Sequence record: MK250021.1
DNA: 64,000 nucleotides
Reading direction: 5' to 3' (one strand)
Position numbers and translations under genes: made by a program. The stretch's first letter is position 1; every line of letters begins with the position of its first letter. Positions 55,230-64,000 of the stretch are shown here, piece after piece. The notes below the pieces were generated by a model. It did no database searches. It worked only from the letters and a program-made list of their open reading frames with translations, and was not told the origin of the DNA.

Positions 55230-57503
55230 ATGGAAGATAACAATGTGAATAATATAATTTAGAATGATGAAAGTGAAGTTTCAATATAGTCTACTATAAG
55301 TTCAGCAGAAGGAAACTTGAATTTTTCACAAAATAGAGATGAAACTACGGGTTCTGGAGGAGGCGGAGGTTCATCTTTAAGTGGTAGTTCTACATCGGGA
55401 AATACTTCATCAAATTCAAGTGGTAGTGAATCATCTCAATTAGCGAGTGATAATTTAACACCTATATTATTGATATTAGGTGATAGTCCAGATCCTGAAC
55501 CAGATGTTGAGGAAGAACCTGTATTGTTGGAAGAAGATAATTTATAGCAATATACTATTGCACAAAATGGTTAGGAACCATATCACGTAATAATAGGTAA
55601 TTCTGGGTGTACTAATAAAGTTGATGAAGAGCATATTATAGTTATACAAGAAGGTGATAATATTATAAATAATAACAATAATATTATTGCAATAACTGCT
55701 AAAATAGATTAGAGTTGGTGTCATGTTGTTTTTGAACATCCTTTAAATTCACCATTATAGTTGGGAACTCCATATAAATTAAATTCTGATAATTTTAGTA
55801 GTGAAGATAATGAAAGAACTATTGTTCCTATGATAACATGTGAGCAAAATTCAGGTCCTCAAAGAACAGCAAATATTATATTTTGCATTGATGGTATAGA
55901 ATCAGATTTAAAAATAGGAATTACTCAAAATGCAGGTAATTATAGCGAAGAACCAGTTATTATTAAATATAAATCTGTTGAAAATGGTGTTATAAAGTAT
56001 GATATATTAGATAGTAACAAAACATATTATATTCATAAAAATAGTAACTATATATTTAGTGACAGAACAAATATGAGTGAGAACCCTTTATTATTTGGAT
56101 TAAGAGATAGTAATAATAATATAAATGGTAATTTAAAAAATTCAGATAGTTCTTATACATTTGAATCAGAACCAGAAGGGTATAATATGGTAATAACAGA
56201 TAATAATACTGCTACAACAACAAATACAGCATATCTCATGATTATAACACAGCCGCAAACGGTTGATATAAATCAAGTAATAACATTTAAATATAATAAT
56301 ATTGATTTTATAAAGGTTAAATATTCAGAATCATAGAAAGATTATAAAACATCTATAAAAATATGTAAATTAGAGAATTTATAGAATTATAAAGAAACAT
56401 CAGGATATAATATATATTTATTTAATTCTGATATAGGAACGACTGCAAATATAAAAACATCATTTACTGTATGTAGTACTGTAAAATTACATAGTTACGG
56501 CAGTAATGATGATATTAGTAATGGACGAATTGTTGCATGTATACGTCTAGATAAAAATACAGATAAAATTCCAGAAAATAATATAAGTGATTTAAATGAT
56601 GATAATGATGATATATGGCATTAGTTAAAACCTGTTGGTACCACATTAACATCAACATTATTTAAAGAAACATATAAAGATATATATTTATAGGATTGGA
56701 CAAATTTGAAAGTTTATAATTATTCTGCTGAAACAATAACTAACGTTGAAGAAAATTAGAATATATATGTATATATTGTAAAGGATTCTAAATATAATAA
56801 AGTTGGCGTTATTAATTTTGGCGGAACAATGGGACAAAATGGATATTTGGGTTTATTTAATTATTATTATACGTCTTTATAGGCTTGCACATATAATACA
56901 TATTGGATTTGCTGGTGTCATTGGTATGGAGATACAAATGACAGTTATTATGATAATTCTGGTGATACAATAACAGAAACAGAAACAATAAATGCAACAT
57001 TTAAAAATAAACAATTTGGAACATTTGATTTATACTTTGTTGCAATGAATGAACGAGGTGATGATAATGATATACATGATATTGATATTGCGAATAAAAT
57101 AATAAATTCTGGAAAAAATTATAAAAAGTATAATATTCCTTCAGGTACTTATAATTTTAATATGAATAAAATAATGGGTCTTGTATTTCATCCAGAAAAT
57201 TCGTCTATAAATGAAATTAAAACATTTAGAGAAATATATGATACATTATAGTTTAAAAATAATAATCATTATTATGATATAATAAGTGTATATAAAGATT
57301 ATTATGTTATAGATTTGAATAATGTTTGTAATGATATAAATGGAAATATCATTAATTTAAATGAATTTTATACAGATATGATGTATTAGATATATATTTT
57401 TACAAAAGTAAATGGTTCATTAATATATATAGGTATACTTTCTTATGGACATGTTAATACTAAACAAAATTGGGGAAATATTGCATGTTATAGCGAGGGT
57501 TAA
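55230..57503 (+). CDS. Large virion/adhesin-like protein with BACON-like segments, 757 aa in code 15
   Basis: Joins 55317, 55761 and 57045 fragments; Ser/Gly-rich linker; RTANIIF...IGITQ. Confidence 0.6.
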
Positions 57504-57566
57504 TTACGTAAAATAATACATAGAATTTCATAAGTCAATATAGATACAGAAAGTTTTGAATAATCT

Positions 57567-58613
57567 ATGTTGAATAATATTATATATGGTTCTAATTCTA
57601 GTTTACCTGATTTAAATGGACCTTAGTAGTCATCATGGATTGGTCCAGGTGATATTGATTGCGAATTACCAGGTCCAAGTATAAATCCAAGTTTAAATAC
57701 GTCTATTGGTGAATTAGTAGATAGTAGTTTTATTATAAAAGATCCAAGTAGTTCCAGTAGTTCTAGAAGTTATATAAAATGGCAAGATTGTCCGTATACA
57801 ATAACATTAGCAGCAACAACAGGAACTGCCATATCTAATAGATGTTTAAATAAAACAGCTAGTATATTAAAATCAAATTATGTATATTTAGGATATACAG
57901 ATACAGATGGAAATTTTAAAAATAAATTAAAAACCGGTTTATCATTAAATACAATAAATGATGATACAAGTATTGCTTTAACATGCGATACTCTTGGATG
58001 TACGGGATATATAAAAGGACAAACTGATGATAATACGGGTGCTTTAATATATTATAGTTTAAATACATTTAGTAATAGTAGAACTGTTACATTTAGTTTA
58101 AATAAATTACCATTATTTAAAATATCATAGACATATAAAGCTCCAGTTCCATATCTATATTTAAATATAACAACTAGTTATAATGAAAATAATGCTTATG
58201 CATTATTTAATGACTCTGTTGCTGATATACCATAGTTTACGACAACAGGTCTAAATATCTATTTACAAATTGATTCATAGAACTTAAGTGGAAGTACACG
58301 TTCATATATATTAGGTTTTTATACAAATGATAGATATGCATTTAATACAGAACTTACTGTTAGTCAAATTAGTAGTAACATAGAACATGTAAGTGGTATA
58401 AATGTTGGAGGCTTTGGAAATTATTATATTTTAAGCATGCCTCATACTGTAAATGTTTATAATGGAGATAGTAGAAGCACTACTACTATAAGTGTTGGAG
58501 ATGATATTTATTTTTATAAAGTTTTAGGTTCAACTTATATATATGCTTTTAAGGTTAATTTTAGTGATACTACATTAACCGGTAAATATAAAATTAAACA
58601 GGTAACATCTTAA
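57567..58613 (+). CDS. Beta-rich virion/adhesin-like protein, 348 aa in code 15
   Basis: Absent from track; continuous frame through TAGs; RTVTFSL...KISQ. Confidence 0.55.
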
Positions 58614-58710
58614 CATAAAAGGAGAATTATTCTTAATTCTCCTTTATTTTATTATAACTTTTTCAACCTTTTATAATATAATATATAAATCTATAATTTT
58701 ATAGTTATTA

Positions 58711-60630
58711 ATGGAATATACGATAGAATCAATAAAACAAAATATAGTATGTTGGGTTGAAGATCATTTAGGATTAGATTTTACATTTAGAAAATATTAG
58801 TTGGAATCTATAATGTTTATTATTAAATCTATTCTTAATGATGATAGGGAAACTTCAATTATCGAGGCTCCAACTGGTTCAGGTAAGTCACTTATCTGTA
58901 TTATATCTGCAGGTGTACTTTCAACATATTATAAGAAATCATCATATATACTTTGTTCAGATCTTTTCCTTTGGCAACAATACGCGGATTTTATAGATAA
59001 GAAATCATTAAGAGAATTCGGATATATAAAAGGCGCAATAGGAAATTATACATGCTTTGTTAATAAACAAGATTTAAGTTGTGGAAGGTGCAAGTTAGCG
59101 AAAGTTTCATATGGTCAATTAAAGGATAAGAATTGGAGAGAACGAAATATGTTTACATGCGTTGAGAGATGTAAATATATGCAAGATAGATTCAGAGCTG
59201 AACGTTCAAACGTTACACTTATGACATATCAACTTTGGCTTCATCATATGAATCTAGTTAATTCAAAAGCAGCTGGTTCACATCCATTTCTGAAGAGAGA
59301 TGTAATATTTTGTGATGAGTGTCATAATATTCCTGATTTGGTTCAACAATTCTGTGCGCCAACATTAAGGGATCAATCTCATGTAAATAAAATAATGGAT
59401 ATTCTTAATTACGCAGAGGAAAACAATATTGAGATTAAAACTATATTAAAACATATAGATCCAGAATTATATAAATATGATTATTATTTAAAGATATATG
59501 AGAAGAATAAGGATAATAGATATACAAACATGTTTGATAACTCTATTATTAAAGATAGGTTGGATATTATATTTACAGGTCTTAATTTTTATCATGATAA
59601 TGCTAAACAGATTTTAGACTTATTAAAAATGTTCCGAGATATTCTCTCTATTGTTTCTGTTGTGAATGAATCAATGGAAGATGAAATTCAACATGAATCA
59701 TTATTCAATACAAGGAATATGGATAAAGGATTAGAAACATTATCTAAGAGGTTAACATGGTTTCAAACATTCGGAAATTCTTTTGAGGACTTTATGGAAT
59801 CTATAAAGAAATCAGGAATTGAATATATGTTAATGGAAGTTAATATCAATCCAGAAACAAGAGAACGAATATTTCAGTTTAATTGTGCTAAAGAGGATTA
59901 TCTTTGTAGTGAGTATCTTTTATCACATGCTAATAATAAAGTTTTACTATCAGCGACTGTTGGATCGCATCATGCTTTCGATGAGAATATAGGGATAAAG
60001 TATACAAAACAACATGAGTCTTTTTTCTCAAAGATTCCGTCTACATTTGATTTTACACATTCACCTATATATTACATACCAAAATATAAAATGAATTATG
60101 CCAATAAACAACATGATTTTCCGTTTATTCAACAGATGTCATGTAAGATTATAAATGCACATATTAATAACAGAGGTATAATTCATACAGGGTCATATGA
60201 GAATGCAAGATTCTTTTATAATGCATGTCCACGAGAAATTCAAAAAAGATTATTCTTATATGGAACACCAAAGCAAAAGGAAGAGATAATGCCTGATTTT
60301 AAGAAATCATTGAATGGCATATTAGTTGGTCCAACATTAACGGAAGGTATAGATTTACCGAATGATTATTGTAGATTCATTATATTGATGAAAGTTCCAT
60401 ATCCTAATATAACAAGTAAGATAGTAAAGAAGAAATTAGAATTATTCCCTTTATGGTATAACAGTACGACAAGTAATGTGATAATTCAGGCTATTGGTAG
60501 AGGCGTAAGAAATGAACATGATTATTGTACAACATATATATTGGATGGGTGTTTCGGTAATCTTTATCAACAAACAAAAGATCAATATTCACCTGAATTA
60601 CAAAACAGAATAAAAGTCATATATAGTTAA
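58711..60630 (+). CDS. DinG/YoaA-like SF2 helicase, 639 aa in code 15
   Basis: Q-motif FRKY(TAG), EAPTGSGKS, Cys cluster, DECH, SAT, EGIDLP, QAIGRGVR. Confidence 0.88.
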
Positions 60631-60631
60631 T

Positions 60632-60973
60632 ATGTATAACCAAGATATATATTTAAAAAGTTCAGGAATATTGTTCGCTAAAGAATTTGAGAGAGTTGTT
60701 CATGGAGGTAGAGGAGATTATGTCGAATTTACACGTGAACAAATTATTCCAAAACTTTATTATAAATTCGATGAAGAACATAATGAATTTGATATAAATA
60801 ACTTTGAAAAATATAACGGATATTATTATCATTGGTTATATCCGTTATATGATACTGAAACAAAAATATATTTTCAATTGAAAACAGTTAAATACGCAGA
60901 TTATAAATTATATCATTTTTATGTAAGTCCTGAGCTTTTAATAAATTTCAAAGATCCAGAAAGTTTATTTTGA
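60632..60973 (+). CDS. Hypothetical protein
   Basis: ERVVHGGRGDYVEF. Confidence 0.65.
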   Translation: MYNQDIYLKSSGILFAKEFERVVHGGRGDYVEFTREQIIPKLYYKFDEEHNEFDINNFEKYNGYYYHWLYPLYDTETKIYFQLKTVKYADYKLYHFYVSPELLINFKDPESLF

Positions 60974-60978
60974 ATAAT

Positions 60979-61923
60979 ATGAAAGATAAGAAAATATTAA
61001 TATTAACGATGTGTTGTAATCAAGATTTATTCTAGCAATAGGAATATAGATTACGAACATAGTTATATGCTAAAGATATATTAGATAATAAATACGATAA
61101 TGTAGATTATTGGACATATACTGCATCAACCGATGGTAAATATCATGTAAATAAAAAATTACATAAAATAGAAGTTCCATGTGATGACACTTTATATGGT
61201 ACATATGATAAGACATATAAGGTATTTAAATTATTAAATCAATTTAATATAGAATATGATTATATATTAAGAACAAATTGTTCAACATATATTAATATTC
61301 CATTATTAAAGTTATTTGTAAATAATTTAAATAATTATAGATTAATATATTCAAATTCTATATATTGTAGTAAAGACGGATGTGGACCATACCAATGGAG
61401 TTTGTATGGATTAGGGAATTCATTGTTGTTATCTAAATTTTGGGTTTCTATTATTATAAAAAATAATGTTAATAATCTAACGAAATTCAATTATAATAAA
61501 TTATCAACAGATTCCGTTTATACTGTTGATGATAATGCTATAGGATTTACAGTGAACTGTTTTTGCTTGCAGAATAATTGGGATATATGTGATATATGGA
61601 AATCATGGAAAGCACCATTACAAAACAAAATACCGGTTCAACCATATAATTATATATGTATTCCTTTTAGAGAATATAAAACAAGAGAGAATGAAATAAA
61701 AAATTCATTATTTATACATGATGAAATAACTAAATATAAAGATGGTTATACAAATGAATATGTAAATAGTTTATCAGATAACATGTGGTTTCATATATTG
61801 GATTTTGAACAAGGCATGCATTCTATAGTTGATAGAAAATTAGGTGAACAATTTATGGATTTTGTATATGTTCCGAGATATATAGAGAGAATAAAAGAAC
61901 AAGAAAATAAAGCATAGAAATAA
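60979..61923 (+). CDS. Glycosyltransferase-like protein (GT31-like), 314 aa in code 15
   Basis: DDTLYGTYDKT...YDYILRTNCSTYINIPLL; TAA at 61921 overlaps next ATG (TAATG), supporting TAG read-through. Confidence 0.6.
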
Positions 61924-62132
61924 TGGTAGATATAGATTACGTTAAGGGTAATGTACGAGATGGTTGGATGTTGAATCCAAATGAAAAAGTCGTTAAGGGA
62001 ATTATTAAGGGAATTAACCGTTGTAACGGTGATTGTCCATGTAATAATGATTCTGATGAAAAACATTGTCCATGTTCAAATTATAGAACAAAGGATAAGT
62101 GTTGTTGCAAGTTATATGTTAAGAAAGATTAA
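61923..62132 (+). CDS. Ferredoxin:thioredoxin reductase catalytic-chain-like protein
   Basis: NPNEKVV...CPC...CPC...CCCKLYVK. Confidence 0.7.
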   Translation: MVDIDYVKGNVRDGWMLNPNEKVVKGIIKGINRCNGDCPCNNDSDEKHCPCSNYRTKDKCCCKLYVKKD

Positions 62133-62151
62133 TTTTAATTAAATAAGAAAT

Positions 62152-63385
62152 ATGGCAAAACATACAATAGATATAATTAATTCAGATAATTCAACATTGA
62201 AGATGTTTTCTATAGAAGATGATATATCAGAACAAGTTACATTTTCAACTGATGGATTATATCCATGTATTGAATTATCAAAAGATATATTGAATAAGTA
62301 TAAGGAACAAAATAAACTTTATTATATTCATACATACGGTGATATTTATAATCTTATTGATGATGTAAATATGACAGTTATTGTATATAATAAAGAAGAT
62401 GAACAATATCATGTGGGTATTGTTAACATGATTAACAAAAAGCATATAGAATCAAGCGACTATATTAAATTTATTGATTTAACAAAACGAATTAAAAGTG
62501 ATGTTGAATACTGGATTCCAAAATATTGTTGCTATAATTATGAGAAGTTCCATACATATCAGACAAGTTTGTTATATTTGTTTGATACAATGAAAGAATC
62601 TCAAGTTGATATGTTAAATGATATTATTCAGAGATATAAGTTTAAGATGTCTAAAGAAAAAGCAATAGTTATAACTTTAAATAATAAAGAGTTATACCAA
62701 CAGAAATTTGATAAGATATTTAATGAACGAGTAACTGAATTGAAAGAAGAAATTACGGATCAACTTCAAGATGAATTATCTAAAGCAGAATCTAATATCA
62801 AAAGTTTGACCAATAAGATTACTTATGTTCAAGAAGATTTAAATAAAGTTGAAAATGGAACTGATAACGTATGATGATTTCAAAAATAATGAATTCAATA
62901 CCGTATATGGCGTAATATATACATCAGAATTAAAAGATGGTATATTACCAGTAGCTGATGATATAGCTGTAGGTAATATGAAAATATCTGATTTATTGAA
63001 ACCAGTAAAACCGGCAGAATTCACTATTATAAAGAAAAGTGAAATACTTTTATCTAATAATTTACTTATAAAATATATAATAGATCCTCCATATCATGAT
63101 TGGATGAATAAAGATATTCCATATGAATTTTATCGTGAATGTAGACATTCACCAGATGTTTTTGGAATTATATATAATGTTACGACAAAGGAATTAAAGT
63201 CTCCTACTGAATTTGGTAGAAATAGAGATATTCATTTATTTACTACAAAGGAAGAATGTAATAATTTTATTGATTCATGTAATAAAATTATATTGGATAG
63301 AATAATAAAATATTATAATGAAAAGATTTCACAGTATACTTCTACTGTAAATGAAATTAAAGCAAAATTTGATAGTATTTTATAA
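62152..63385 (+). CDS. Two hypothetical proteins (62152; about 62849)
   Basis: Long open frames; first has a C-terminal coiled coil. Confidence 0.6.
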
Positions 63386-63520
63386 GAATTTTATTGGGTT
63401 TTACTTAATTTTTCTCAATATTTTTGAAGTTTTATTAAAGTTATAAGAATTTTAATAAAACTTCATTTTTATTTTATATGTGTTTATACTAGATAAATAA
63501 TAAAAATGATTTTTTAATAA

Positions 63521-63796
63521 ATGGAACCAAAGAAACATACTTCACGTGATGGTGGTTTAGACGTAGTAGATGTTAACGATACACCAGAGGACGTATATAT
63601 GGATTCATTCTTAGAAGATGGCGATGACGGTTTTGTAGAGAATTTGGAACCAGATAAGATGCCAGCAGAAGACTTAAGAATTGAAGCATTGAAGAGAGCT
63701 ATAGATATTGCAAAACTTATGAGTAATGTTACTACACAGGATGTTATTAACATTGCGGCTAAAATTGCTGATTATATCAGTAACACACAAATTTAA
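63521..63796 (+). CDS. Small acidic late protein, paralog 1
   Basis: LRIEALKRAIDIAKLMSNVTTQDV. Confidence 0.7.
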   Translation: MEPKKHTSRDGGLDVVDVNDTPEDVYMDSFLEDGDDGFVENLEPDKMPAEDLRIEALKRAIDIAKLMSNVTTQDVINIAAKIADYISNTQI

Positions 63797-63820
63797 AATA
63801 TACATATTTAATATATAACA

Positions 63821-64000
63821 ATGAATACAACAACATTAAAAGAAAGATTAGGTCTTGATGAAGACGCTGTTTTCGAAGATGGAGCGGCAACTGCAACAGA
63901 TGATGGTATGACTGATGAGGAACTTAAGATCGAATCTTTGAAGATCGCTACAAATATCGGTAAACTTATGAGTAATGTAACAACAGAAGATATTGTTAGT
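63821..64000 (+). CDS. Small acidic late protein, paralog 2 (runs off window end)
   Basis: LKIESLKIATNIGKLMSNVTTEDI. Confidence 0.65.
   Translation, partial: MNTTTLKERLGLDEDAVFEDGAATATDDGMTDEELKIESLKIATNIGKLMSNVTTEDIVS

Noticed and set aside
1846-62066. Many antisense or shadow ORFs in the track (for example 1846+, 2758+, 10102+, 13907+, 21702+, 23761+, 25044+, 35843+, 53634-, 61791-)
   Set aside because: They overlap well-supported genes on the opposite strand and give low-complexity Ile/Phe/Asn-rich translations typical of AT-rich antisense frames
1-64000. CRISPR array
   Set aside because: No regularly spaced repeat-spacer series seen; the repeated blocks are promoters, omegaRNA scaffolds or paralog N-termini

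Overview
A 64-kb, very AT-rich segment of a large (jumbo/mega) dsDNA phage genome. It almost certainly uses genetic code 15 (TAG = Gln): many fragments in the supplied standard-code ORF track join in frame into intact proteins when TAG is read as Gln (lysozyme, two TnpB, dUTPase, DinG helicase whose Q-motif Gln is a TAG, fibre proteins). At least nine Bacteroidetes-type TAnnTTTG promoters, a Bacteroidetes-like OmpA and a DUF4494-like gene point to a Bacteroidota host. A Lak-like Prevotella/Segatella megaphage is my inference, not a database result. Content: translation and RNA-repair genes (Thg1-like, S1-like, PNKP-like, HAD), NAD and nucleotide metabolism (NAMPT, Nudix, GMPR/IMPDH-like, dUTPase, PARG-like, ART-like), a sigma70-like factor, a gp45-like clamp, T4 gp4-like head-completion nuclease, fibre/BACON-like virion proteins, glycosyltransferases, two free-standing homing endonucleases and two TnpB genes with three omegaRNA-like scaffolds. 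Top candidates for new biology: (1) a circularly permuted tRNA-like RNA gene with tmRNA-like extensions (about 16600-16915); (2) a radical SAM gene followed by four tandem proteins sharing an N-terminal RxxVFETNSSSTH motif (48335-51317); (3) a portable LYESIM...INE peptide fused to unrelated late proteins, including the sigma factor and lysozyme, possibly a head-packaging signal; (4) transposase-free TnpB/omegaRNA cassettes with local duplications, one of them an orphan scaffold; (5) fibre paralogs next to a pyruvyltransferase-glycosyltransferase fusion. All family assignments come from motifs read by eye; no searches were run. There is a 485-nt N gap at 36381-36865.
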